Shown: one piece after another, positions 1 through 7,889 of the stretch
Layout: the number at the start of each line of letters is the position of its first letter
Numbering within the stretch: the stretch's first letter is position 1
Virus record (IMG/VR): IMGVR_UViG_3300035148_000364
Span: 1 to 35,488 of that record
DNA: 35,488 bases
Reading direction: 5' to 3' (one strand)
From: a virus
Taxonomy: Duplodnaviria > Caudoviricetes
The notes under the pieces: generated by a model
The model's database searches: none
What the model was told of the DNA's origin: nothing
Seen by the model: only the letters and a program-made list of their open reading frames with translations
Program-made: the position numbers and the translations under genes

Positions 1-203
1 AGCTTCTCCACCTGCTCCTGGGTGGCCCCGTGGAAGACGTACCGCGGGGTGGGAGTCCGGTCCTGGGGGCAGGAGAGCGAGGCCGAGGAGAAGTACTCGG
101 CCTGGATGCCGGCGGCGCGGAGGGCGCGGGAGGCGCTGCCCCTGGCCTGGCGGTAGTAGCAGTAGATGACGCCGCCGGTGGTCTTGGTCTCGGTCTCGCT
201 CAT
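1..203 (-). CDS. Hypothetical early protein, 5' part (probably continues at 35488 across the circular junction; about 110 aa in total)
   Basis: ATG at 203 with GAGGA RBS, directly downstream of a sigma70-like promoter; open frame MSETETKTTGGVIYCYYRQ...QEQVEK runs off position 1. Confidence 0.75.
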   Translation of the reverse strand, partial: MSETETKTTGGVIYCYYRQARGSASRALRAAGIQAEYFSSASLSCPQDRTPTPRYVFHGATQEQVEK

Positions 204-221
204 GTCGTTCCTCACACCGCT

Positions 222-250
222 ATACTAGGTCTGCCTGTCCGGTGGTGCAA
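222..250 (-). promoter_or_regulatory. Sigma70-like early promoter P1
   Basis: Minus strand TTGCAC (250-245), 17-bp spacer, TAGTAT (227-222); part of a module duplicated at 1888-1962. Confidence 0.7.
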
Positions 251-257
251 GTACTAT

Positions 258-294
258 CTGGCAGACGCCCCATCTGGGACGAGGCGTCTGCCAG
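258..294 (-). terminator. 12-bp perfect inverted repeat just after the stop of 303-641 (terminator-like or stabilising hairpin)
   Basis: CTGGCAGACGCC (258-269) / GGCGTCTGCCAG (283-294); no clear U-tract. Confidence 0.5.
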
Positions 295-302
295 GGTGGG
301 GG

Positions 303-641
303 TCAGTCCCACCGGGAGCCGACCTCGGCCTCGAAGCCGGCCAAGCGCAGCGCCTCGGCGAAGGCCTCGGCTCCGGCGAGCTTGGCGTCCAGGCACTGGG
401 TCGGGTTGCCGCTCGGGTTCCAGATGTCGAAGCCCTTCGGGTAGCCCTTGTGCGTGGAGAGGCCGGCGAAGTCGGACTGGTCGCGGAGGAACCGGGCGAT
501 GGGGCTGTTGCCGGGGACGCGGACCCAGGCGAAGCCGCAGGGGAACCAGTGGTTGGGGTGGGCGGCCAGGTACTTCGAGGTGGCCAGGTCGGCAAGTTGC
601 TGGGCGATGACGAGGACGCGGGCGATCTTGGGGTCGGTCAT
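303..641 (-). CDS. Conserved phage hypothetical protein (CGFAWV...NPSG..TQ...SRxD type), 112 aa
   Basis: True start MTDPKIARV with AAGGAG RBS; motif pattern recalled from many phage early proteins; function unknown. Confidence 0.75.
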   Translation of the reverse strand: MTDPKIARVLVIAQQLADLATSKYLAAHPNHWFPCGFAWVRVPGNSPIARFLRDQSDFAGLSTHKGYPKGFDIWNPSGNPTQCLDAKLAGAEAFAEALRLAGFEAEVGSRWD

Positions 642-675
642 GACGGGTCTCCTTGTGGGTTGACTACTGGTTAAC

Positions 676-1308
676 CTAGAGCAGCTTGCCGCACTCGAAG
701 CAGTCGATGCCGTCGAAGCCGGGCTCGCCCCAGGTGTAGGCGAGCGCGTCCTCGGCGCGGTGGACGGTGCCGTCGCGCACGTCGGCGACGAAGCAGGCGG
801 GGCAGAGGTTGACCATCTCGCGGACGCTGTTCTCGGTCCAGACGGTGTTCCCGTTCGCGTCGCGGAGGATGTTGGAGTTGCGGATGTGGCCGTAGGCGCG
901 GATGCGGGGGAGGATGAGCTTGCAGTCGGCCTTGACTTCCTGGCCGCTGGCGGCGGCGGCGAGCGCCTGGCTGGCGAGAGCGGAGCGGCCTCCATCCTCG
1001 GACTCGGCGTCCTGGGCGAGGGACATCACCTTGGCCGGCGCGGTCTCGGCGGCGGCGTAGTCGCGGGGGTTGATCTTGTCCCAGCCGCACTCGCAGCCGG
1101 GCTCGCACTTCGAGATGTGCTTGAACTGCTCGACGCAGTCCTTCACCTTCCACTCGTGGACGCAGTGGACGCCGTCCCAGTTCCAGCCGGGGTTGAGGTA
1201 GATCCAGTAACCGTCGCCGTAGGCGGCCTCGTTGCTCCAGTCGCCAACGCGGCTGTCGGCCAGGATCTTGTGGAGGGTCTTCGGGGCGTCGGCGGGGATG
1301 GTCATCAT
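676..1308 (-). CDS. Hypothetical Cys/His-rich early protein, probably two domains
   Basis: AAGGAG RBS; GYWIYLNPGW..HCVHE..CEPGCEC N-domain and CPAC...CFECG C-domain. Confidence 0.7.
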   Translation of the reverse strand: MMTIPADAPKTLHKILADSRVGDWSNEAAYGDGYWIYLNPGWNWDGVHCVHEWKVKDCVEQFKHISKCEPGCECGWDKINPRDYAAAETAPAKVMSLAQDAESEDGGRSALASQALAAAASGQEVKADCKLILPRIRAYGHIRNSNILRDANGNTVWTENSVREMVNLCPACFVADVRDGTVHRAEDALAYTWGEPGFDGIDCFECGKLL

Positions 1309-1331
1309 GGCGGGTCTCCTTGTCGGGGCTT

Positions 1332-1355
1332 GGAGGCCGGCTTGCGCCGGCCCCC
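1332..1355 (-). other. Intergenic 10-bp hairpin with GCAA (GNRA) tetraloop
   Basis: Minus strand GGGGGCCGGC-GCAA-GCCGGCCTCC between 1364-1867 and 676-1308; no U-tract. Confidence 0.55.
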
Positions 1356-1363
1356 TGGTCGGT

Positions 1364-1867
1364 TCACTTGCTGTCGCGGCAGGAAGCGTAGGTGCTGATG
1401 TAGCTGCGGGCGGCCTTGCCGTGGAGGGCGGTGTAGCCCTTGGCGGTGCGCTTGGTGGACTTGTACACGCTGATGCCGCCGCGGGGGGTGACGAAGAAGG
1501 ACTCGTGCTCGCGGCAGAAGACGGCGGCCATGGTGCCCTCGTCGGTGACGCTGCCGGTGGTGACGTTGACCTGCACGGTGCCGCGGGAGACCGGGACCAG
1601 GGTGAGGCTCTTGATCTGGGCCTTGCCGGTGCGGCCGAGGGAGATCTTGCGGAGGCTGGAGGCGATGGCGTAGACGGCGGTGTCCTTCTGGGCGTCGGTG
1701 AGGAAGAGGTTGGCCTCGACCTGGGCCACGTCCATGGCGTTGGAGGCGATGGTCTGGTTCTCGACGGCGACTGCGTGCTCGGCGCGGGCGTAGTTCTCGA
1801 CGCGGGCGTACATCTCGATGCGCTCCATCTCGTCGGCGGTCGGGGCAGGGCGGGTATCGGTCGTCAT
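1364..1867 (-). CDS. Hypothetical early protein, 167 aa (first gene after promoter P2)
   Basis: ATG at 1867 (MTTDTRPAP) preceded by GGAG; strong GC3 codon bias. Confidence 0.75.
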   Translation of the reverse strand: MTTDTRPAPTADEMERIEMYARVENYARAEHAVAVENQTIASNAMDVAQVEANLFLTDAQKDTAVYAIASSLRKISLGRTGKAQIKSLTLVPVSRGTVQVNVTTGSVTDEGTMAAVFCREHESFFVTPRGGISVYKSTKRTAKGYTALHGKAARSYISTYASCRDSK

Positions 1868-1904
1868 GTCGGTCTCCATTGGGTTGGCGTTCGTCACACC
1901 CTGA

Positions 1905-1932
1905 ATGTTAGCAGCCCTGCCGCCAGGTGCAA
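1905..1932 (-). promoter_or_regulatory. Sigma70-like early promoter P2
   Basis: Minus strand TTGCAC (1932-1927), 16-bp spacer, TAACAT (1910-1905); aligns without gaps to P1. Confidence 0.65.
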
Positions 1933-1962
1933 GGTCTCAACGGCAGGGTACCCTTCTGGGAC

Positions 1963-1980
1963 TATGGTCATGTATGGTCA
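1963..1980 (+). repeat. Tandem TATGGTCA boxes, 10-bp period (operator, iteron or -10-like)
   Basis: TATGGTCA at 1963-1970 and 1973-1980; same pair at 2459-2476. Confidence 0.7.
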
Positions 1981-2001
1981 TTCTGGTAGGAGGATGCGGG
2001 T

Positions 2002-2253
2002 ATGAGAGGGGACGTGGAGCGGCTGCTGAAGGCGCAGCGGGACGGCTGGCGTGCGGCCCTGGCGCAGGCGCAGGAGGACCTCGACGCCGCGCTGCGGGCG
2101 GCCCTGCGCTGGCGGGAGCGCGCCCTGGCGGCCGAGCGCCAGGTGGCCTCCATCAGAGCGGGTGCTGACGAGCTACGGGCCGAGCTTGGCCGGGGGGAGC
2201 CTGGTGCGTCGCCGCAGCTTCAGGGCCGGCGCAAGCGCCGCCGCCGCCGGTGA
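2002..2253 (+). CDS. Small coiled-coil hypothetical protein
   Basis: AGGAGG upstream; heptad-like helical sequence; first rightward gene. Confidence 0.6.
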   Translation: MRGDVERLLKAQRDGWRAALAQAQEDLDAALRAALRWRERALAAERQVASIRAGADELRAELGRGEPGASPQLQGRRKRRRRR

Positions 2254-2446
2254 GCCGGCCGAGGAGCGCCTGCCCCCGCTCGCCCAGGCGTGCGAGGTCT
2301 GCGGGCAGAAGCTCGCGCCGCTGCCCTACCGGCTCGTCCACGAGGACCGCTCGCGCTGCCCGGCCTGCTGGAAGCTCCACGCCTGGCGTGCCCCATCGAG
2401 CGAAGGGGCACAGTTGCAGCAGCAAGTTGTACTCAAAGAGTCATAG
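2204..2446 (+). CDS. Small zinc-finger protein (start uncertain)
   Basis: CEVC...CPAC pair; GTG at 2204 after GGGGAG; overlaps the previous ORF. Confidence 0.5.
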   Translation: MRRRSFRAGASAAAAGEPAEERLPPLAQACEVCGQKLAPLPYRLVHEDRSRCPACWKLHAWRAPSSEGAQLQQQVVLKES

Positions 2447-2458
2447 TCCCTAGGAGTG

Positions 2459-2490
2459 TATGGTCACATATGGTCACTGTGTTACCATAC
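2459..2490. repeat. TATGGTCA direct pair plus an inverted copy in an AT-rich patch
   Basis: TATGGTCA 2459-2466 and 2469-2476; inverted GTTACCATA 2481-2489 (1 mismatch to TATGGTCAC). Confidence 0.7.
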
Positions 2491-2505
2491 GTCAAAGGGT
2501 GCGAT

Positions 2506-2757
2506 ATGACTGAACTAATCGCAGTCACAACTTTCCTCTTGACACGCTTCTCGGAGCCTGCCCCTATACAGAACCCGAGCGGAGCCGATGCATCCCTGGC
2601 TCTTCACGAGGGTGGTCTGCCAGCCTCGCCTTGCCGCCACCAGGGCTCCCTCTCTCGATGCTCCCTGTGCCAGGGCAACTACTGCGGAGCCTGCGAAGGC
2701 ACTGCAGACGGTACTCCCCTCTGCACCTCCTGCTCCCTCCGCTGCTACGGCGTGTGA
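2506..2757 (+). CDS. Cys-rich zinc-binding hypothetical protein (start uncertain)
   Basis: C-terminal CRH...CSLC....CGAC........CTSC pattern. Confidence 0.45.
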   Translation: MTELIAVTTFLLTRFSEPAPIQNPSGADASLALHEGGLPASPCRHQGSLSRCSLCQGNYCGACEGTADGTPLCTSCSLRCYGV

Positions 2758-2771
2758 CTGAGAGTCACTGA

Positions 2772-2993
2772 GTGAAGCTCGACCTCGAAGCACTCGCCGT
2801 ACAACTCCGCGACCAGAAGCTCTCAGTCCCCGGGTACAAGCTCGACCGACTCGAACGCGACTCCCACCGCATCGGACGCGCTCGCGATGACCAACGCGCA
2901 GGCCAGGGCAGACGAGGCCCCATCACTCGCGTCCGCTCCTCCAAGCAACCCTCTGGACTCACTCGACGCAGCGGAGTAAAGAACCGAGGATGA
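2772..2993 (+). CDS. Basic hypothetical protein
   Basis: 73-aa ORF, ATGA-coupled to TerS. Confidence 0.55.
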   Translation: MKLDLEALAVQLRDQKLSVPGYKLDRLERDSHRIGRARDDQRAGQGRRGPITRVRSSKQPSGLTRRSGVKNRG

Positions 2994-3325
2994 GCGAGCG
3001 CAACAAGGGCGGAAGGCCCAAGGGCTCTCCCAACAAGCTCACCGCCGACGTGCGCGCTTGCTTCGCGGCTCTCCTCCGCAACCAGATGCCCAAGGTGGAC
3101 GCGCTGCTCGACCGCATCGCTGAGACCGACCCCAAGGGCGCTGTCGAGATCCTGCTCAAGGTCTCCGAGCGGTTCGTCCCCAAGCTCTCCAGTGTCGAGG
3201 TCACCGGCGAAGGCGGCGGCCCGGTCACCGTGGTCCTCCGGCGCGGCTTCTCGCAGCAGCAGGACGCACTGCCGGCAGCGCAGCAGGTCTGGCCAGTCAC
3301 CACCACCGACAGCACGCTCTCGTGA
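2990..3325 (+). CDS. terS: Putative terminase small subunit
   Basis: GGRPKGSPNKLT N-terminus, helical core, VEVTGEGGGPV C-terminal motif typical of TerS-like proteins; lies upstream of TerL. Confidence 0.7.
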   Translation: MSERNKGGRPKGSPNKLTADVRACFAALLRNQMPKVDALLDRIAETDPKGAVEILLKVSERFVPKLSSVEVTGEGGGPVTVVLRRGFSQQQDALPAAQQVWPVTTTDSTLS

Positions 3326-3332
3326 GGAGCCC

Positions 3333-3551
3333 ATGAAGCAGTCCGCTCTCGCGCTCTCCCGCCGCGCCCAGGCCCTGGAGGCCGCCAACCGCGAACTCCA
3401 GCACCGGCTCAACCTGGCCAACAAGACGCTGCTCGACAGCACCGCCATGCTCAAGGCCGTCCGCGAGGAACTCGACATCCTCCGCATCCCCTTCTTCCGC
3501 CGCTGGCGACTGCGCCGCCTGGCCAAGCGCCGGCTCGCGGAGCAGCGGTGA
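3333..3551 (+). CDS. Hypothetical coiled-coil protein with basic tail, 72 aa
   Basis: GAGGAG RBS, ATG at 3333. Confidence 0.65.
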   Translation: MKQSALALSRRAQALEAANRELQHRLNLANKTLLDSTAMLKAVREELDILRIPFFRRWRLRRLAKRRLAEQR

Positions 3552-3709
3552 GCGCAGCCGCGGTCGCCGCCACCAACGCGGCCCTCCTCGTCAAGGGGAT
3601 GCATCCGCTGGAGGCCTTCGGCTGGGGCGCGCTCGGCGCGCTCTCGGCCCTCGCCCTCGTCCTCATGCTCCTCCTCCTCGCCGCCCTCCGCGAGGCCAGC
3701 CGTGACTGA
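3548..3709 (+). CDS. Small membrane protein, 53 aa (not in ORF track)
   Basis: GTGA coupling; MSAAAVAATNAALLVKGMHPLEAFGWGALGALSALALVLMLLLLAALREASRD has one TM helix. Confidence 0.55.
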   Translation: MSAAAVAATNAALLVKGMHPLEAFGWGALGALSALALVLMLLLLAALREASRD

Positions 3710-4187
3710 GGGCGCTCGGGTAGTCCTCGCCTGGCTGCTCTGGCTCATCCTCCTTGCTGCTGCAAGCGTCACCCTGCACGGCTGCGACTGGGACAGCCCA
3801 GGCTGGGAGATCGAGTGGAACGGCACGCAGCCGCACCCCTCCATCCTCCAGGCCATCCTGCTCATCGAGGACGAGTACCCATGCCCGACGCCCGAGCGCC
3901 TCCGCGGCCGGGGCCGCATCGTCTGGCACGCCGAGCCCTTCCCCTGCGGCCAGGGCAACCCGCTCGTCCAGGGCTGCTTCGACCCCGTCGGCGGCGGCTC
4001 GCCCTGGTTCGAGGTGCAGAACTTCCCCCGCCTGGTGGACACCGCGCTCGCCCACGAGCTTGGCCACTGGGGGTGGCTTCTGTGCGGGCGCGAGAGCTAC
4101 CTGGGCGACGGCTCCCACCCGCCGGCCTTCATCGAGTGGACGAACCGCGTCCGCGAGCGCCTGCTGGCCGCTGGAGTGAAGGACTGA
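3702..4187 (+). CDS. Putative lipoprotein with zincin (HExxH) metallopeptidase motif
   Basis: Hydrophobic signal ending in lipobox-like LHG-C; ALAHELGH motif. Confidence 0.65.
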   Translation: MTEGARVVLAWLLWLILLAAASVTLHGCDWDSPGWEIEWNGTQPHPSILQAILLIEDEYPCPTPERLRGRGRIVWHAEPFPCGQGNPLVQGCFDPVGGGSPWFEVQNFPRLVDTALAHELGHWGWLLCGRESYLGDGSHPPAFIEWTNRVRERLLAAGVKD

Positions 4188-4405
4188 TGACCTGGCGTCT
4201 GACCGGCGAGCGCCTCGGGCAGTGGGCGCGGCTCGCGTGGGAGCCCGAGGACGAGTGGGTCTGCCAGCCGCAGGAGTTGGTCTGCATCCTGCTCAACCGC
4301 ACGCCCGAGGAGGTCGAGGCCCTGGTGGACGGCGCGACGCGTGAGCCCGGCGAGGCGGGAGCGCCCGCCCTCCTGCCCAACGGTGCCTGCTGGGTGCAGT
4401 GGTGA
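4187..4405 (+). CDS. Hypothetical protein, 72 aa
   Basis: TGATG coupling with the upstream gene; overlaps the TerL start. Confidence 0.55.
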   Translation: MTWRLTGERLGQWARLAWEPEDEWVCQPQELVCILLNRTPEEVEALVDGATREPGEAGAPALLPNGACWVQW

Positions 4406-5829
4406 CCGACCTCGTCCTGCCCTGGCAGTTCGAGCCGAGGCGCTACCAGGCCCCGTACCTCGACTACGTCCTCGACCACCCGAAGGGCGGCCGGAGCTTC
4501 TGGCTCGTGCATCGTCGCGGTGGCAAGGACTTGGTCGGGCTCCATGCGGAGTGCAGCCTGGCCATGGAGCGCGTCGGGGTCTACTGGCACTGCCTGCCGA
4601 AGTATGAGCAGGCGCGCAAGGCCATCTGGCGCGGCTTCCTGCAGGACGGGCGGCCCATCATCGACGCGGTCTTCCCGAAGCAGATCGTGCGGCGCAAGAA
4701 CGACACCGAGATGTTCGTGGAGTTGACGAACGGCTCCATCGTCCAGTTGGTCGGCTCGGACGCCATGGACAGCCTGGTGGGCTCGGGCCCGGTGGGCGTG
4801 GTCTTCTCGGAGTTCGCGCTGTCGAGGCCCTCGTCCTGGGACCTCGTGCGTCCGATCCTGCGAGAGAACGGCGGCTGGGCGAGCTTCATCACCACTCCGC
4901 GAGGGCGCAACCATGCCTTCCGGCAGTATGAGATCGCGAGGAAGAGCGAGGGCTGGTTCTGCGAGCGCCTGCCGCTGACCGAGACCGACGCCTGGCGCTA
5001 CTGGAAGCAGGCCGACGGCTCGCCCTACCGGAGTGCCGAGCACGTCATGGAGTGCGAGCGCGCCGAGGGGATGGACGACGCGATGGTGCGGCAGGAGTAC
5101 CTCGTGGACTTCGCCGCCGCGATGATGGGGAGCTTCTACGGCGACCTGCTGGAGGCGATGGAGGCGCGGGGCGCGATGGAGGCCTTCCAGCACGAGCGCG
5201 ACGCGGTGTTCACCGGCTGGGACCTGGGCCACACCGACTCGACCGGCATCTGGTTCTGGCGAGTCCGCGACGAGGGGGTAGAGTTCATCGACCACTTCGA
5301 GGCTCACGGCAAGCCGATGAGCTTCTACTTCGACAAGCTGGACGAGAAGGCCGAGACCATGGGGTACCAGTACCTGAAGCACTGGCTCCCGCACGATGCG
5401 CGGGCGAAGACGCTGCAGACGGGCGAGTCGATCCTCGACCAGTGCCTGCAGCGGTGGGGCTCGTCCAAGGTGGCCATCGTCCCGCGGCTGTCGGTACCGG
5501 ACGGCATCCAGGCGGCCAGGTGGCTCCTGCAGCAGCCGGGCACCCGCTTCCATCCCCGGTGCAACGAGCACGAGGGCATCGAGGCGCTCCGGCAGTACCA
5601 CCGCGAGTGGGACGAGGACGGGCGCTGCTTCAAGACGACGCCCGAGCATGACTGGTCGAGCCACTCGGCCGACGCCTTCAGATACTCGGCGCTCGTCTAC
5701 CGGACGACCGAGAGGAACACCCGCAAGCCGGTGCCGGTGCCGCAGAAGCCGGTCGCGGTCCCGCTCCGAGAGGCGTTCACCCTGGACGAACTCTACGAAG
5801 AGCGCGGCGACCGCAAGGAGAGGCTCTAG
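4399..5829 (+). CDS. terL: Terminase large subunit
   Basis: PRRYQ adenine-binding motif, Walker A HRRGGKD, Walker B VVFSE, ITTPRG motif III, nuclease WDLGHTD and HDWSSHSADAFRY. Confidence 0.95.
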   Translation: MVTDLVLPWQFEPRRYQAPYLDYVLDHPKGGRSFWLVHRRGGKDLVGLHAECSLAMERVGVYWHCLPKYEQARKAIWRGFLQDGRPIIDAVFPKQIVRRKNDTEMFVELTNGSIVQLVGSDAMDSLVGSGPVGVVFSEFALSRPSSWDLVRPILRENGGWASFITTPRGRNHAFRQYEIARKSEGWFCERLPLTETDAWRYWKQADGSPYRSAEHVMECERAEGMDDAMVRQEYLVDFAAAMMGSFYGDLLEAMEARGAMEAFQHERDAVFTGWDLGHTDSTGIWFWRVRDEGVEFIDHFEAHGKPMSFYFDKLDEKAETMGYQYLKHWLPHDARAKTLQTGESILDQCLQRWGSSKVAIVPRLSVPDGIQAARWLLQQPGTRFHPRCNEHEGIEALRQYHREWDEDGRCFKTTPEHDWSSHSADAFRYSALVYRTTERNTRKPVPVPQKPVAVPLREAFTLDELYEERGDRKERL

Positions 5830-7881
5830 ATGGCATTCTCAGCGACGAACCCACCCATCACCGAGGCGAAGCAGTTCAAGGACACTCCGGCCGGCTGGGC
5901 GGCGCGCTGGCAGTTGGAGATGGGCGCGGCCGAGCGCGACACCGAGAAGTTCCGGTCGAGGGGCGACAAGATCAACAAGATTTACCTCGATGAGCGGGAC
6001 GAGAAGTCCTCGGACGTGCGGGTGAACCTGTTCACCTCGAACGTGGACACCCTCATGGCCCTGCTCTTCGGCAACGTGCCGAGCGTCGAGGCCAGCCGGC
6101 GCTACGCCGACGCCTCCGACGACGTGGCCAGGGTCTCGGGCGAGATTCTGGAGCGCATCCTGACGAACGATCTGGAGCGCAACTCCGACTCGTTCAAGGA
6201 CGCCGTGCTCAGTGCCCTGCAGGACCGGCTCATCCCCGGCCTGGGCGTGGTGCGGGTGCGCTACGAAGCCGACTTCGAGGAGCGCGAGGAGCCGGTCATC
6301 GACCCGGTGACCCGCCAGCCGACCGGCGCGACCGTGACGAAGCAGGTGAAGACCTGGGAGGACGCCTGCGCCGACTACGTCCACTGGCGCGACTTCCGCT
6401 GGAGCCCGGCGCGGACCTGGGCCGACGTGCGCTGGGTCGCCTTCCGGGCGCTGCAGACCAAGGACGACCTCGTGAAGCGGTTCGGGCCCGAGATCGCCGA
6501 GAAGGTGCCGCTCAACGCCAAGCGGGCGAAGCGCACCACCGAGAAGGCCGACGAGGCCGACCCGTGGAGCCGGGCCGAGGTCTGGGAGATCTGGGACAAG
6601 GACACCCGGCGCGTCTACTGGTGGGTGGACGGCTTCGACAAGTGCCTCGACATCAAGGACGACCCGCTCGGCCTCACGAACTTCTGGCCGATGCCCAAGC
6701 CGATGATTGCCCACGCGACCACCACCTCGATGGTGCCGCGGGCCGACTACTCCATCACCCAGGACCAGTACGAAGAGATCAACGAGCTTTCCACGCGCAT
6801 CTCGCTGCTGCAGGGCGCGATCCGGGTGGCGGGCCTCTATGACAAGGGCAGCCCCGAGGCGGCCAACCTGCTCTCGAAGCGCACCGAGAACAAGCTCTAC
6901 CCGGTGGACTCGTGGGCGGCCTGGGCCGAGACCGGCGGCATCAAGGGGCACATCGATTGGCTCCCCCTGGAGCAGATTGTGCTCGCCATCGACAAGCTCC
7001 GCGAGTACCGCAACGAGCTGATCCAGTTGCTGTTCCAAGTGTCGGGCTTTTCGGACATCATGCGCGGCCAGGCCACCGGGCCGGCGACCGCGACCGAGCA
7101 GGCGATCAAGGCGCGCTTCTCCAGCGTCCGCGTCCAGCACTTCCAGAACGAGTTCGCCCGCTTCGTCGGCGAGATCCAGCAGTTGAAGGGCGAGATCGTG
7201 GCGCAGTGGTTCGACCCCCAGACCATCGCGCAGAGGTCGAACATGATGCAGACGCCCGACGCGCAGTTGGTCCCGAAGGCCATCGAGCTTCTGAAGAGCG
7301 ACTACTCGCTCTACCGGGTGTCGGTGAAGCCCGAGAGCATCTCGCTGACCGACTACGCGGCCCTGAAGCAGGAGCGCGTCGAGGCGCTCGGGGCGCTCTC
7401 GCAGTTCATGGGCGGGATGCAGCCGGTGCTGCAGATCGTGCCGGGCTCGCTGCCCTACCTGCTGGAGCTTGCGAAGTGGACGATTGCGGGCTTCCGCGGC
7501 TCGTCCACCATGGAGGGCATCTTCGACCGCGCCATCGACGGGGCGACGAATAACCCGGGGGCGGTGCAGCCGCAGCAGAAGGGGCCGAAGGGGCCGGACC
7601 CGCGGGCCGAGGAGGCCAAGATGAAGGGCCAGGCCCAGATCATCCAGATGAAGGGCCAGATGGACGCCCAGAACACCATGCTGAAGCACAAGGCCGACCT
7701 CGCGAAGGTGCAGGCCGAGGCGCAGTCGGCGACGCAGACGCAGGCGGCCCAGGCCCAGTTCAACATTCAGGAGATGATGGCGAAGATGCGGGCGCAGGGC
7801 GTGCTGGAGGCGCAGAAGGCGATGCAGAACGCGCAGCCCGGCCCGCCCATCCAGGGCCCGCCGCCAGGCCAGTTGCCGTGA
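5830..7881 (+). CDS. Portal protein (P22-like podovirus type with long Q-rich C-terminal barrel)
   Basis: 683 aa immediately after TerL; GLGVVRVRY, EVWEIWDK, SDIMRG..TATEQAIK motifs; helical C-terminus. Confidence 0.9.
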   Translation: MAFSATNPPITEAKQFKDTPAGWAARWQLEMGAAERDTEKFRSRGDKINKIYLDERDEKSSDVRVNLFTSNVDTLMALLFGNVPSVEASRRYADASDDVARVSGEILERILTNDLERNSDSFKDAVLSALQDRLIPGLGVVRVRYEADFEEREEPVIDPVTRQPTGATVTKQVKTWEDACADYVHWRDFRWSPARTWADVRWVAFRALQTKDDLVKRFGPEIAEKVPLNAKRAKRTTEKADEADPWSRAEVWEIWDKDTRRVYWWVDGFDKCLDIKDDPLGLTNFWPMPKPMIAHATTTSMVPRADYSITQDQYEEINELSTRISLLQGAIRVAGLYDKGSPEAANLLSKRTENKLYPVDSWAAWAETGGIKGHIDWLPLEQIVLAIDKLREYRNELIQLLFQVSGFSDIMRGQATGPATATEQAIKARFSSVRVQHFQNEFARFVGEIQQLKGEIVAQWFDPQTIAQRSNMMQTPDAQLVPKAIELLKSDYSLYRVSVKPESISLTDYAALKQERVEALGALSQFMGGMQPVLQIVPGSLPYLLELAKWTIAGFRGSSTMEGIFDRAIDGATNNPGAVQPQQKGPKGPDPRAEEAKMKGQAQIIQMKGQMDAQNTMLKHKADLAKVQAEAQSATQTQAAQAQFNIQEMMAKMRAQGVLEAQKAMQNAQPGPPIQGPPPGQLP

Positions 7882-7889
7882 GGTGAGCC

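Noticed and set aside
2539-2570. TTGACA...TATACA as a canonical rightward sigma70 promoter
   Set aside because: Spacer is 20 bp and the -10 lacks the final T; could be activator-dependent but is not supportable as a standard promoter
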